Shown: one piece after another, positions 1 through 10,372 of the stretch
Numbering within the stretch: the stretch's first letter is position 1
Layout of the letters: each line of letters starts with the position of its first letter
From: Bacteroidia bacterium
GTDB lineage: Bacteria; Bacteroidota; Bacteroidia; UKL13-3
Assembly: GCA_049318585.1 (NCBI GenBank)
Contig: JBMOGB010000002.1
Coordinates: 10,560 to 74,559, forward strand
Length of the DNA: 64,000 nucleotides
Direction of reading: 5' to 3'
Notes under the pieces: model-generated
Told to the model about the DNA's origin: nothing
The model's database searches: none
What the model saw: the letters and a program-made list of their open reading frames with translations, nothing else
Position numbers and translations under genes: made by a program

Positions 1-914
1 ATAAAAACTACTACTTTTTCACCTAAAATTTCATCAGGTAAACTGCCAACAAAATAAGGAAATTCGGGTGTGTGTTTAAAAGTTAAATACTCAGCAATTT
101 CATTTTCTACTTTCAGGGCATTTACTTTAAAACCGCCAGTGTTTATTACAAAATCTATTCTTCCTAAAATATGAAATCCATCACTGGTAATTTCAGCCAA
201 ATCGTTGGTTTGTAACCATTGGTTTTTGTTAATTAAATTTTTAATTTTTAAAGTATTTTCTTCGCTTAAAGCTATTTCATTATTGGGCAATAATTTAAAA
301 GCATCATCTGTTTTTAAATTACGCAAAGCAATATGGCTTAACGTTTCTGTCATGCCGTAAGTAGCCCAAATATTTACTTTCAAATTGGCACATTGCTTAA
401 TTAAAGAGTTGGAAGCAGGCGCTCCACCAAGTAATATGTTTTCAAACTGATTCAATACTTTTTCTCCATTTGCAATATTTAAAATGCTTTGCAATTGCAT
501 TGGCACCAAAGAAGCAAAAGTGTATGGATGATTATCGGGTAAATCTTCAAAAGGATCGGAACTTGGGATGATAATAGTTATTGCTGCATCTAACAAAATT
601 GCTCTTGCCAAAAGCATGGCGCCAGCCACTAAATTGATGTCTAAACAAATGAAAAAATGTTGTGTTTTTTCAGTTAATTTTAAGTAATTATTTGTTTGTG
701 TTGCCGACCAAATTAGTTCTTCTTTTGTAAATGTAAATTGTTTGGGAACACCCGTACTTCCTGAACTTTGGAATGTAAATTCATTGTTTAGAAACCAATT
801 TTCAAGAAAAGAAAAAGCCTTTTTTTCGTTATCATTCAAAAGGCTTTTATCTATTTTATTTAAATCAGCAATTGATTCAATTTTATGTGCAATATGTTCA
901 ATAAATAAGTGCAT
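1..914 (-). CDS. AMP-dependent synthetase/ligase, O-succinylbenzoate-CoA ligase-like (C-terminal part runs off the window)
   Basis: Own minus-strand translation from ATG 914-912 (TAATG overlap with pth stop): MHLFIEHIAHKIES...; AMP-binding loop SGSTGVPK at 764-741; ATYGMTET near 360-340; frame open to position 1. Confidence 0.7.
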   Translation of the reverse strand, partial: MHLFIEHIAHKIESIADLNKIDKSLLNDNEKKAFSFLENWFLNNEFTFQSSGSTGVPKQFTFTKEELIWSATQTNNYLKLTEKTQHFFICLDINLVAGAMLLARAILLDAAITIIIPSSDPFEDLPDNHPYTFASLVPMQLQSILNIANGEKVLNQFENILLGGAPASNSLIKQCANLKVNIWATYGMTETLSHIALRNLKTDDAFKLLPNNEIALSEENTLKIKNLINKNQWLQTNDLAEITSDGFHILGRIDFVINTGGFKVNALKVENEIAEYLTFKHTPEFPYFVGSLPDEILGEKVVVF

Positions 915-1474
915 TATTTATTAAACTCATTCATGGTTAACGGCAATCCTTTTATAACAAAACTTTCAATGGCATCTACCGATTTATGAATCAAAAAAGG
1001 CATTTCTTTCATTTCCTCTGCGTTCCATTTTCCTAATACATAATCTACCTGCCTACCTTTTGGAAAATTATTTCCAATACCAAACCTAAGCCTCGGATAA
1101 TTTTGAGTAAGCAACAATTCATTTAAACTTTTTAGTCCATTATGACCTGCATCGCTGCCATTTGCCCTGATTCGTAATTTCCCAAAATCAATGGCTAAAT
1201 CATCTACTAAAATAAAAATATTTTCAATGGGAATTTTCAAATCTGTCATCCAATGACGAACTGCTTTACCACTTAAATTCATATAAGTAGTTGGCATAAT
1301 TACGTGCATTTGTCGTCCACGCAAACTTACTTGAGCATATTGCGCATGTTTTTGAACAGTAAAATTTCCTGCATGTTTTTTTACCAATGCTTCCGCAATA
1401 TCAAACCCAATATTATGACGGGTTTGCGCATATTCAGCGCCTATATTTCCTAATCCAACAATTAAAAATTTCAT
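914..1474 (-). CDS. pth: peptidyl-tRNA hydrolase
   Basis: 186 aa; N-terminal MKFLIVGLGNIGAEYAQTRHNIGF and later GSDAGHNGLKS are canonical Pth motifs. Confidence 0.95.
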   Translation of the reverse strand: MKFLIVGLGNIGAEYAQTRHNIGFDIAEALVKKHAGNFTVQKHAQYAQVSLRGRQMHVIMPTTYMNLSGKAVRHWMTDLKIPIENIFILVDDLAIDFGKLRIRANGSDAGHNGLKSLNELLLTQNYPRLRFGIGNNFPKGRQVDYVLGKWNAEEMKEMPFLIHKSVDAIESFVIKGLPLTMNEFNK

Positions 1475-1524
1475 GTGATTTTGGTAAAAGATTTATGCTT
1501 TTCCTTTATTTAATTTATCAATAT

Positions 1525-1848
1525 TTAAAAACCCGTATAATGTGTCCAATTGAATTGCGTCCGCAGTGCGGACGTATTTGGAAATATTCTAAAAAATTGT
1601 CTGTAACGTTCAAGTTGTCTAGTAGAAAATCCGCTACCAAGCATAGGTTCCAATTCTTTTGACAATGACTTTATTAAAAACTCACCATATTTTGCTCTTT
1701 CTTTCCCTTGCTGTTGCTCTTCAAAAATGGCTTTACCAATCTGCCAATACATCATTGCTCTTTCACTATCAACAGAACGAATTGCTCTTTCTTTCGAATT
1801 AGCAATAATTAAGTGTATTTGGTTAATAAGTTCGTTTTTAAGCTCCAT
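1525..1848 (-). pseudogene. N-terminal fragment of a DUF1016/YhcG-type PD-(D/E)XK protein
   Basis: 107 aa resembling only the N-terminal helical domain of the family (..RAMMYWQIGKAIFEE..YGEFLIKSLSKEL..FSTRQLERYRQFF..). Full-length members are about 3x longer and the nuclease domain is absent. Confidence 0.55.
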
Positions 1849-2269
1849 TTTTTTTACTATAAACCATTTTTACATGTTCAATGTCTGCTTCCCAAAAGTT
1901 CTCTCCTTGGGGTTTAAAACTATGTTTGGCATACAAAGGCGCTGCTGTTAGCTGTGCGTGTAAATATATTTTTTTGTCTAAAGGAATAGTTTCATTCAAT
2001 AAATACGCCACCAAAGCAGAACCAATTCCATTGCCTCTGAATTTTTCTAAAACTGCAAATCGCTCTAATTTAAAGCCATTTTCAGTTTCTCTAATTCTAG
2101 CTGTTCCAGCAGGTTCATTGTTAAAGTAAGCAATAAAATGAATGCTTTCTTCCTCAAACTCATACTCTATTTCTTTTGGACAATTTTGCCCAATTACAAA
2201 AACTTCGTGCCTAATATCCCATACTATTTGTTGAATTTCGGGAGTAGTTATTTTTTCAATTTTTATCAT
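1838..2269 (-). CDS. GNAT family N-acetyltransferase
   Basis: 143 aa; acetyl-CoA loop [11 protein letters not shown]; typical GNAT size. Confidence 0.8.
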   Translation of the reverse strand: MIKIEKITTPEIQQIVWDIRHEVFVIGQNCPKEIEYEFEEESIHFIAYFNNEPAGTARIRETENGFKLERFAVLEKFRGNGIGSALVAYLLNETIPLDKKIYLHAQLTAAPLYAKHSFKPQGENFWEADIEHVKMVYSKKNGA

Positions 2270-3531
2270 GAAGTAAAGTATTTTTTTAACGCTTGTCCTA
2301 CTAAAAATACATCTTCAAAACTATTATACATTGGCACCGGACTCATGCGAATAACATCAGGTTCGCGCCAATCGGGCATAATGTTTTCACTTTCTAAATA
2401 ATCAAAAAGTTTCTTTCCATTTTCTTTTACAATAATTGAAAGTTGACAACCTCTTTCACTTTTGTTTTTAGGAGTAATTACTGTTAAATGTTCGGTGAAA
2501 TTATTTAAAATATATTCCAAATAAGCAGTCAACAATTCACTTTTTTCTCTTAAATTTTCTATGCCTGCTTCCGCAAACATTTCGAGCGAAGCTTTATGAA
2601 TAGCCATCGGAAATATTTGAGCATTACTTAACTGCCAACCTTGAGCACCAGCAATAGGCTTAAAGCCTTTTTTCATTTGAAAACGCTCGCCTTCATCGTG
2701 TCCCCACCAGCCTGCAAAACGATTCATTTCTGAATTTGCGTGTTTTTCGTGAACAAAAACACCACTTGTTCCGCCAGGTCCGCTATTCAAATATTTATAA
2801 GTACACCAAACTGCAAAATCAACATCCCAATCATGTAATTGTAAATGCAAATTGCCAGCGGCATGCGCCAAATCAAATCCAGCAAAAGCTCCAACAGCAT
2901 GAGCTGCTTCACTTATTGCTTTCATGTCGAAAGCTTGACCAGTGTAATAGTTTACACCGCCTAACATCACTAACGCCAAACTATCGGCATTTGCGTTAAT
3001 GGTTTCAATAATATCTTCGGTTCGTAAAGTATATTCTCCTTCGCGAGGTTTAAGTTCTATAATAGCATCGTCAGGATTTAAATGATGGTGTTTTACTTGC
3101 GTTTCCATGGCATATAAATCGCTAGGAAAAGCTGCAGCTTCCATTATTATTTTATATCTATTGGCAGTTGGCTGGTAAAAACTCACCATCATTAAATGCA
3201 AATTCACAGTAAGGTTATTCATAATAACCACTTCACTTGGATTTGCTCCTACTACTTTTGCAGCATTTTCAGTTAAAAAATGATGGTATCCAAACCAAGG
3301 ATTTTTTGCATTAAAATGACCTTCAACTCCAAATTTTGCCCAATCGTTTAACTCTTGCTCTACAGCAGCCCGAGCCGATTTTGGTTGTAAGCCTAATGAA
3401 TTTCCACATAAATAAACTACATGTTTATTGTTGTTAGAAAGTAAATGAAATTGATTTTTAAAATGGGCTAATTTATCGTTTGCATCAAGGTTTTGAGCAA
3501 AACTTAAAGTGTTTTCAAATTGCATGTGCAA
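2266..3531 (-). CDS. kynU: kynureninase
   Basis: 421 aa; [13 protein letters not shown] near the N-terminus; PLP-lysine context [13 protein letters not shown]. Confidence 0.9.
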   Translation of the reverse strand: MHMQFENTLSFAQNLDANDKLAHFKNQFHLLSNNNKHVVYLCGNSLGLQPKSARAAVEQELNDWAKFGVEGHFNAKNPWFGYHHFLTENAAKVVGANPSEVVIMNNLTVNLHLMMVSFYQPTANRYKIIMEAAAFPSDLYAMETQVKHHHLNPDDAIIELKPREGEYTLRTEDIIETINANADSLALVMLGGVNYYTGQAFDMKAISEAAHAVGAFAGFDLAHAAGNLHLQLHDWDVDFAVWCTYKYLNSGPGGTSGVFVHEKHANSEMNRFAGWWGHDEGERFQMKKGFKPIAGAQGWQLSNAQIFPMAIHKASLEMFAEAGIENLREKSELLTAYLEYILNNFTEHLTVITPKNKSERGCQLSIIVKENGKKLFDYLESENIMPDWREPDVIRMSPVPMYNSFEDVFLVGQALKKYFTS

Positions 3532-3605
3532 TAATACAAAAACAAATTTTTAAACCATAATAGAAACAAATATTGGTATTACTTTTATAGTAAAATCAAA
3601 ATGAA

Positions 3606-4082
3606 TTACTGAGGAAAGCTGGTTACTCTTAAATAATCACCACTTCTGGTAACAAAATATTGACGAAGTGGTCTATCGGCTGGACCTTTGCTAACAGTTC
3701 CAGTGCTTAAAAAAAACTCACTTGCACAACAACGATTTTTGTCACTTCCACATTGAAATTTCGAATTATTATCAGCCATATAAATTCGGCTACATGCACT
3801 ATCAACCTTATATGGACAGGCTCTATCAAATGCAATAAATTCATCAAAGTTATTATAAATAATAATTCCTTTATAGCCTACAGCTTGTCCATCTCTATAC
3901 ATATAACCACCTTGAACTTGCAATGGAGCTGCATCGGGTAAAACTAAATTTACGTTGATATCGAAATTTACTGGAGGAAAAAAATCAGTGTTTTGAGTGG
4001 CACTTTTATCTTTTTCACATGAGGCTAAAAGTATCATTCCAATTATAAAAAATAAGTTTATTCTTTTCATTATTTTAACCAA
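3606..4082 (-). CDS. hypothetical Cys-rich lipoprotein
   Basis: Signal peptide plus lipobox (ILLASCEKD); 158 aa; no family recognised. Confidence 0.55.
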   Translation of the reverse strand: MVKIMKRINLFFIIGMILLASCEKDKSATQNTDFFPPVNFDINVNLVLPDAAPLQVQGGYMYRDGQAVGYKGIIIYNNFDEFIAFDRACPYKVDSACSRIYMADNNSKFQCGSDKNRCCASEFFLSTGTVSKGPADRPLRQYFVTRSGDYLRVTSFPQ

Positions 4083-4966
4083 GCTAATATCTTTGGCAAA
4101 TTATTTTTCTTGTATTTATAATATGGTCTTTTAAATGCTCCAAACGATTTGTAAAACCTTTCAATTCCATCAATTTCCGAACCCTCAAAATCTATAAAAT
4201 TATCTTTTCCTGCTAATTGAGCAATAATTCCATCCATTAAAAAGTGCATGGCTCCCATTTCTTTTCCTTTACTATCTGATGTTCCTAAATGAAAAATAAC
4301 TCTTTCGTTATGAATAATAAAAACACCACTTGCTACTAATCCAAACTGTTTACTAAAAACACCAATTGACATAAGCATATTCTGTTTATTGCAAATTTTA
4401 TATAATTGCTTTAACATAATGTAATCAGTAGCTATTACACCTTTAGTTTCAGCTCCTTTATGTTTTACATAATAATTAATGGCTTGCTTATAAGGCAAAA
4501 CTTGTAAATACAAATTTTGCTCTTTTGCTTTTTTTATATTTCTTTTTGCTTGACCTTTATAGGCCGCAAATAAATCAGCATAAGTTTCATCAATTGGTAA
4601 AATAAAGTTTTTCTTTTCAATTAAACCATGTGCGTTATTTTCTTCATTTAAGTTTATATCTATAAATTTAAACTTGGAAGGAATGGCATTTAAAAAATCT
4701 TGAACCACAAAATCAGGAGTTTCTAAACGCGAAAAAACACCCAATTGCTGTGTAAAAAATGGCTGAAATAAATAAGAAATAAAGTACTTCTTTCTAAAGG
4801 TTATGGGCATTACAGCCTCGTAATCATCCAAAACTAAAGCGTCCCAACTAGGACTTACTACATCTAAGTACCACGAATATGCATATACCAACGTGTTGTT
4901 AGCATTGGCAATACAGGAATCCCATTTGTATTTATCTATTTCAGTATGTTTTAAGTATGCTATCAA
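4070..4966 (-). CDS. FemAB-like / GNAT-fold acyltransferase family protein
   Basis: 298 aa; the overall pattern resembles BioF2-like/FemAB-type GNAT proteins. Weak recollection only. Confidence 0.45.
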   Translation of the reverse strand: MIAYLKHTEIDKYKWDSCIANANNTLVYAYSWYLDVVSPSWDALVLDDYEAVMPITFRKKYFISYLFQPFFTQQLGVFSRLETPDFVVQDFLNAIPSKFKFIDINLNEENNAHGLIEKKNFILPIDETYADLFAAYKGQAKRNIKKAKEQNLYLQVLPYKQAINYYVKHKGAETKGVIATDYIMLKQLYKICNKQNMLMSIGVFSKQFGLVASGVFIIHNERVIFHLGTSDSKGKEMGAMHFLMDGIIAQLAGKDNFIDFEGSEIDGIERFYKSFGAFKRPYYKYKKNNLPKILAWLK

Positions 4967-5060
4967 TTTTTTTTGTCAGCTACAAAAATACATGAAACTT
5001 GATTAGAAATTTGTTTTAATTTTTGAGCTATTTATTTACTTTTAAATACTATTTCCGCTT

Positions 5061-6449
5061 TTAGCTAAACCATTCAAAATCCAAACCAGTTAATTCCCAC
5101 CAATCATTATTGTTTTCAGCAAAAAAAGTAATTGGTATTTTAGTTTTTATTTTACTTCCTTCTGTTTTTATTTCAAGATTACCTAAAACTTTTGCTTTCT
5201 TGTTTTCTTTGTTAAATAATATTTGTTTTAGTTTATAATCATCAATTGTTTCTACGTTATGAATTAAATGTAATTGATTGGCTTTTTCTTTCAATTCGTT
5301 TAAGCCAATATATTCATTGTTTAGTCTAAATTCTTCCTTACATGAAAACTGATAATTTTCTTCACCTTCTTCGTTTTCAAACAATGTAAACAAAAAATGC
5401 TTGATTCTATTTCTTATATCAAAATCACTATTTGGATGAAACTCTTCATAAATAAAGTGCATAATCATACCCGGCATATTCATTATTTGCGCCTCTTCAT
5501 TTACTAACTCTTCGGCTATAAATTTGTATTTTATTTCATTGCTGTATTCAGCTAAAAAATCTAAGTGAATATGGTTTTTGTCGAGCAATGCAAATGCTTT
5601 ATCAAGCGCAGTTTTCAACTGTTTTTCATTCATTTCAGAGGCGGGTTTAAACGTTTGTTTTCCTAGTAATTCTGCTATTTTTACTCGCTTTGTGTTTTTT
5701 GATTGCTTTTCAAATTCAAGAATATTTTTTAAAAATAAATTCTCAATTTCTGCAGGTAAAACCAATTCATTTCCGCCCATAATCTGGCCACCCAAAAAAT
5801 CTTCAATTTGAAGTTTCATTAATTGGTTTTCCATGTGTAAATCCTCACTTCTGCTCAGTTTGTTCTGATCTGGTATTAACTGAATACTATTCTTTTCATT
5901 GTTCATTCCTGAAAAATTACTGATAGGCTCTTCACCTAAAAAATAATTTCCCCAATAAGTTACTGGTTTAAAATAATTTTCTCGAACACTTCCATGAATA
6001 TAATTCATTAATATATTTTCTTCTTCTTCCAAATCTATGTCTTCAAAATTTTCATAACTGTACATTCTACTTATTAATTGGTCGGTTATAGAATTCATAA
6101 AGCCTAGCATTTTTCGGCTATCAGTTTTGGTAATAATTGAAGTTTCAAAAGCAGCCATTTGTTCATTAATAAATGAAGCAGGAAATGAAAAACGTATCAA
6201 TAGTTTTTGTAGTCTTTTGGTAAATTCAGTAAAAGTTTTTTTAATAGTTTTACCAACTACTACTATTGTAATTAAGCTTGGCTGATGAACATACATAACC
6301 AAACTTTTTCCTCTAAACGAACTTGTAACTGTATTAGCATACCATTCGCTTAAAACAACATTTTCCACTATCGATTTATCAATTATTTCAGGTTTTAAAC
6401 GCTGTGTATTTAGTAATTTTTGAGTTGCTCTTACAATAATCATTTTCAA
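5061..6449 (-). CDS. hypothetical protein, 462 aa
   Basis: Long uninterrupted ORF with host-like composition; no catalytic motif recognised. Confidence 0.6.
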   Translation of the reverse strand: MKMIIVRATQKLLNTQRLKPEIIDKSIVENVVLSEWYANTVTSSFRGKSLVMYVHQPSLITIVVVGKTIKKTFTEFTKRLQKLLIRFSFPASFINEQMAAFETSIITKTDSRKMLGFMNSITDQLISRMYSYENFEDIDLEEEENILMNYIHGSVRENYFKPVTYWGNYFLGEEPISNFSGMNNEKNSIQLIPDQNKLSRSEDLHMENQLMKLQIEDFLGGQIMGGNELVLPAEIENLFLKNILEFEKQSKNTKRVKIAELLGKQTFKPASEMNEKQLKTALDKAFALLDKNHIHLDFLAEYSNEIKYKFIAEELVNEEAQIMNMPGMIMHFIYEEFHPNSDFDIRNRIKHFLFTLFENEEGEENYQFSCKEEFRLNNEYIGLNELKEKANQLHLIHNVETIDDYKLKQILFNKENKKAKVLGNLEIKTEGSKIKTKIPITFFAENNNDWWELTGLDFEWFS

Positions 6450-6570
6450 TTTTAAGTTTGATTATTTAAAAAAACAATTTTTATTCAATAAAAATTCAGT
6501 TTTTCTATAAAATAAGTTTTTAAAAAATAAGTTTAACCTAAATAGTTATTTTTTTCGTTTATTTGAATTC

Positions 6571-7827
6571 ATGAAATACTTAGCTTTAGTACTTTTGTTT
6601 TTTAAATCTTTAATTGTTTTTGGACAAGTTGAATTTGACAACGCCATTTACGATAAAAAAGTTCAAACTGTTCAATTAATGGTAAACGGAACCGATGATA
6701 GGTATCCAATTATTTCGTTAAATGCGCAGCAATTAAAGCTAAGTTTTGATGTACTTGGCACCAATAATGAATATTTTCAATATACTTTAATTCATTGCGA
6801 CCAAGCATGGAAACCTACTAATATGCAACAAAGTTTGTATATAAAAGGAACTACTTTTGATAACATAAACGACTTTAAATTTTCGACAAATACTTACGTA
6901 AAATATGTTCATTATAACTTGTTATTACCTAACGATAACATGAAACCAACCATTGCGGGCAACTATATTTTAAAAGTTTACCGAAATTTTGATGAAAATG
7001 ATTTATTGCTTACTCGCAGGTTTATGGTGCTTAATAACCAAACAAAAATAGAAGGAACTGTTCGTCCTGCTACGCTTGCAGAATATAGATATACCAAGCA
7101 AGAACTTAATTTTTCAATTGATTACAATGCCTCCTTAATTCCAAATCCTTTGCAAGATTTAAAAGTAGTAATTTTACAAAATAACAGGTGGGACAATGCC
7201 TTGAGAGATATTCAACCGCTTTTTGCAAGTAATGGTAAATTAGATTACAACTATTTTGATAAAACGCTGTTTAATGGTGGAAATGAATTTAGGGTTTTTG
7301 ATATTAGAAATTTAAGACAATTTAGTTTAAATGTAAGAACTAAAATTTTGGATTCTTTTTATCGTTGTATTTTGAACATGGACGAATCGAGAGGTAGTAG
7401 GCAGTATTTTCAATATTTAGATTTTAATGGAAAAAGAGTGGTAGCTAACAAAGAAGGTTACAACAGCGATTTGGATGGCGATTATGCTTTAATGCAATTT
7501 CAGTTAAGCGCTACCGATGCTTTGCCGGCTGGCTCCGATGTTTATGTTATTGGTGAATTTACCGATTGGAAATTAAAGCCAGAATACAAAATGACTTTTA
7601 ACGAAAACAGGGCACGTTTTGATTTAGATGCCATTTTAAAACAAGGAAGGTATGAATATATATATGCCATTTTTGACAATGAAACAAAAAAACCCGATGA
7701 GAGTATTTTTGAAGGCAATCATTCAAATACCGAAAACGAATACATGATTTTAGTTTATAATAAAAATCTTCAGTTTAATTACGATGAATTAATTGGCTCA
7801 GTAATTTTTAATTCTACTCAACAATAA
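6571..7827 (+). CDS. DUF5103-like secreted protein (T9SS plug-type family) with C-terminal E-set/CBM48-like module
   Basis: Signal peptide (LIVFGQ). C-terminal GSDVYVIGEFTDWKLKPEYKMTF...LKQGRYEYIY resembles the glycogen-binding-like beta-sandwich seen in this family. Confidence 0.5.
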   Translation: MKYLALVLLFFKSLIVFGQVEFDNAIYDKKVQTVQLMVNGTDDRYPIISLNAQQLKLSFDVLGTNNEYFQYTLIHCDQAWKPTNMQQSLYIKGTTFDNINDFKFSTNTYVKYVHYNLLLPNDNMKPTIAGNYILKVYRNFDENDLLLTRRFMVLNNQTKIEGTVRPATLAEYRYTKQELNFSIDYNASLIPNPLQDLKVVILQNNRWDNALRDIQPLFASNGKLDYNYFDKTLFNGGNEFRVFDIRNLRQFSLNVRTKILDSFYRCILNMDESRGSRQYFQYLDFNGKRVVANKEGYNSDLDGDYALMQFQLSATDALPAGSDVYVIGEFTDWKLKPEYKMTFNENRARFDLDAILKQGRYEYIYAIFDNETKKPDESIFEGNHSNTENEYMILVYNKNLQFNYDELIGSVIFNSTQQ

Positions 7828-7932
7828 TATTTCCACATTTTAGCACCCAAATTTTTTAAATTGTTTATAAATAATTAATTGCAAAGCATATTTGTAAACT
7901 TACTTTTGAAATATAAAAAATAACATAAATAT

Positions 7933-8955
7933 ATGAGCGATAATAAAGAAAAATTGAAAGCACTTCAGCTTACTATGGATAAGCTGGACAAGCAATATGG
8001 CAAAGGCACAGTAATGCGCATGAGCGATAAATTGGTGATTGAAACACAAGTAATTTCAACTGGTTCATTGAGTTTGGATATAGCTTTAGGAATTGGCGGA
8101 TTACCAGTAGGTAGAATTATAGAAATATACGGACCAGAAAGTTCGGGTAAAACTACTTTAAGTTTACATGCCATAGCTGAAGCACAAAAAAAAGGTGGAA
8201 TAGCTGCTTTTGTGGATGCTGAACATGCTTTTGATAGAAGTTATGCTGAAAAATTAGGTATTGATGTAGATAATTTGATTATAAGTCAGCCCGATGATGG
8301 AGAGCAAGCTTTAGAAATTGCTGATGCGTTAATTCGTTCGGGAGCAATTGATATTATTGTAATAGATTCAGTAGCTGCGTTGGTTCCAAAAGCAGAAATT
8401 GAAGGCGAAATGGGCGAAAGTAAAATGGGCTTACAAGCTCGTTTAATGAGTCAGGCTTTGCGTAAATTAACAGGTACAATTAACAAAACTGGTTGCGTTT
8501 GTATTTTCATTAACCAATTACGTGAAAAAATTGGTGTAATGTTTGGAAATCCTGAAACAACAACGGGTGGAAATGCATTGAAGTTTTATGCATCCGTTCG
8601 TTTAGATATTCGTAGAATAGGCCAAATAAAAGAAGGCGTAGAAATTATTGGTAACAGAACAAAGGTTAAGGTGGCTAAAAACAAATTATCGCCTCCTTTC
8701 CGTACCGTAGAGTTCGATATTATTTATGGAGAAGGAATTAGCCGCTTAGGCGAAACCATTGACTTAGGAGTAGATTATGAAGTAATCAAAAAATCGGGTT
8801 CTTGGTTCAGTTATAACGAAACAAAACTAGGACAAGGAAGAGATTCGGTAAAACAAATTTTAACCGATAACCCTGAATTAACAGCCGAAATTGAAGGTAA
8901 AATATTTGAAAAAGCCAATGCTGGCGCTGTAAAAGTAAAAGCTTCAGCAGAGTAA
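7933..8955 (+). CDS. recA: recombinase RecA
   Basis: 340 aa; Walker [11 protein letters not shown]; full-length RecA pattern ([14 protein letters not shown]). Confidence 0.97.
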   Translation: MSDNKEKLKALQLTMDKLDKQYGKGTVMRMSDKLVIETQVISTGSLSLDIALGIGGLPVGRIIEIYGPESSGKTTLSLHAIAEAQKKGGIAAFVDAEHAFDRSYAEKLGIDVDNLIISQPDDGEQALEIADALIRSGAIDIIVIDSVAALVPKAEIEGEMGESKMGLQARLMSQALRKLTGTINKTGCVCIFINQLREKIGVMFGNPETTTGGNALKFYASVRLDIRRIGQIKEGVEIIGNRTKVKVAKNKLSPPFRTVEFDIIYGEGISRLGETIDLGVDYEVIKKSGSWFSYNETKLGQGRDSVKQILTDNPELTAEIEGKIFEKANAGAVKVKASAE

Positions 8956-8978
8956 AACTTAGCTTATATTTATAACAA

Positions 8979-9008
8979 AAAAACACGCTTTTGGGCGTGT
9001 TTTTTTGT
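8979..9008 (+). terminator. rho-independent terminator after recA
   Basis: AAAAACACGC-TTTT-GGGCGTGTTTTTTT hairpin plus T-run. Confidence 0.7.
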
Positions 9009-9209
9009 GGCTAATTATTTTGCATTGGTGGAATAACAAAACAATAAAATTTAAAAACAAAACAATATTATTGTAAAAGTAAAAACGCAACTCAGTCACG
9101 CAAAGCCCAAAAAAAATAGGTGGCTTTACAAAGGTTTATGAGAAAAAACTTTTGTGTATTTATAAGTTCGGGCAGACTTAAAGTAAAAATATCCATAACA
9201 ATTAGAATT

Positions 9210-10190
9210 ATGAAACAGACAACATTTATTTTAACATTAATCTTTTCAACAAACTTTATTTTCGGACAGAATATTCCAAAAGAATATTTTGACTTTGTGA
9301 AAATTGCGGACTCACTTTATAATGCAAAAGAGTTTAGGAGTTCGGCAGACAAATACTCTGAAGCATTTAAGGCGAATGGTTGGAAAGGATTACCAAATGA
9401 CAGATATAATGCTGCTTGTTCTTGGGCATTAGCATCAGTACCTGACAGTGCATTTTTTCAACTTGAAAGAATTGCAACTAAAATGAATTACTCAAACTAT
9501 GGACATATAACAACTGACTCAGACCTAACCTTTTTACAAAATGATAATCGTTGGAAACCATTAATTGAAAAAATTAAGCAGAACAAAGACAAGACCGAAG
9601 CCAATTTGAACAAACCTTTAGTTGCAATTCTTGACAGCATTTATATTGAAGATCAAAAATACAGACTTCAAATTGAAGGATTGGAAAAAAAATACGGTTG
9701 GGACTCAAAAGAAATGAAAGACCATTGGAAAATCATACACGAAAAGGATTCTATAAATTTAATAAAAGTAAAATCTATACTTGACAAATATGGTTGGTTG
9801 GGTGCAGATGTAGTTGGTGGACAAGGAAACTCTACTTTGTTTCTTGTAATCCAACATTCTGACCAAGCAACACAAGAAAAATATTTGCCAATGATGCGAG
9901 AAGCTGTAAAAAATGGCAAAGCAAAGGGAAGTAGTTTAGCACTTCTTGAAGACAGGGTTGCTTTAGGACAAGGGAAGAGACAAATTTATGGAAGTCAAAT
10001 TGGTCGTGACCCCGATACACAAATTCACTATGTTTCGCCATTGGAAGACCCTGATAATGTTGACAAGAGAAGAACTGAAGTTGGACTTGGTCCTTTGGCA
10101 GAATATGTAAATCATTGGCAGATAAAATGGGACTTAGAGCAATACAAAAAGGACTTACCAAAACTTGAAGAAAAGACGAAACGAAAATAA
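9210..10190 (+). CDS. secreted hypothetical protein
   Basis: The track ORF starts at GTG 9120. An ATG at 9210 gives a clean signal peptide (MKQTTFILTLIFSTNFIFGQ). No catalytic motif seen. Confidence 0.6.
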   Translation: MKQTTFILTLIFSTNFIFGQNIPKEYFDFVKIADSLYNAKEFRSSADKYSEAFKANGWKGLPNDRYNAACSWALASVPDSAFFQLERIATKMNYSNYGHITTDSDLTFLQNDNRWKPLIEKIKQNKDKTEANLNKPLVAILDSIYIEDQKYRLQIEGLEKKYGWDSKEMKDHWKIIHEKDSINLIKVKSILDKYGWLGADVVGGQGNSTLFLVIQHSDQATQEKYLPMMREAVKNGKAKGSSLALLEDRVALGQGKRQIYGSQIGRDPDTQIHYVSPLEDPDNVDKRRTEVGLGPLAEYVNHWQIKWDLEQYKKDLPKLEEKTKRK

Positions 10191-10372
10191 AAATTCCTCC
10201 TAATAGCTCCTACAAAAAATAGGTGGTTAAGTGGTTCAATGAAGCTTTGTGCTTTGTATCAAGTTCGGTGGTGGTAGACAGTTTTGTGCTTCGAAATCGC
10301 TAACTTCTTTTAGCTGCAAAGCATTGTTGTAAGTGTATTGTGAACCTCAATAACAAATCGATATAAATATAA

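Noticed and set aside
742-2401. Short ORFs 742..924, 1387..1662, 1727..1951, 1881..2129 and 2138..2401
   Set aside because: They are antisense shadows inside well-supported minus-strand genes (the AMP-ligase gene, pth, the DUF1016 fragment, the GNAT gene and kynU). The many other sub-100-aa antisense ORFs in the track were rejected for the same reason.
9120-9209. GTG-initiated 30-codon extension of the secreted protein ORF
   Set aside because: The extension overlaps the repeated junction element, and the internal ATG yields a canonical signal peptide.
9109-10318. Integron-like attC sites separating cassettes after recA (an imperfect palindrome CAATGAAGCTTTGTGC ... GCTGCAAAGCATTG at 10236-10315)
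   Set aside because: There are no recognisable RYYYAAC/GTTRRRY core pairs and no intI gene in the window, and only one spacer shows the palindrome. It is kept only as a generic repeat observation.
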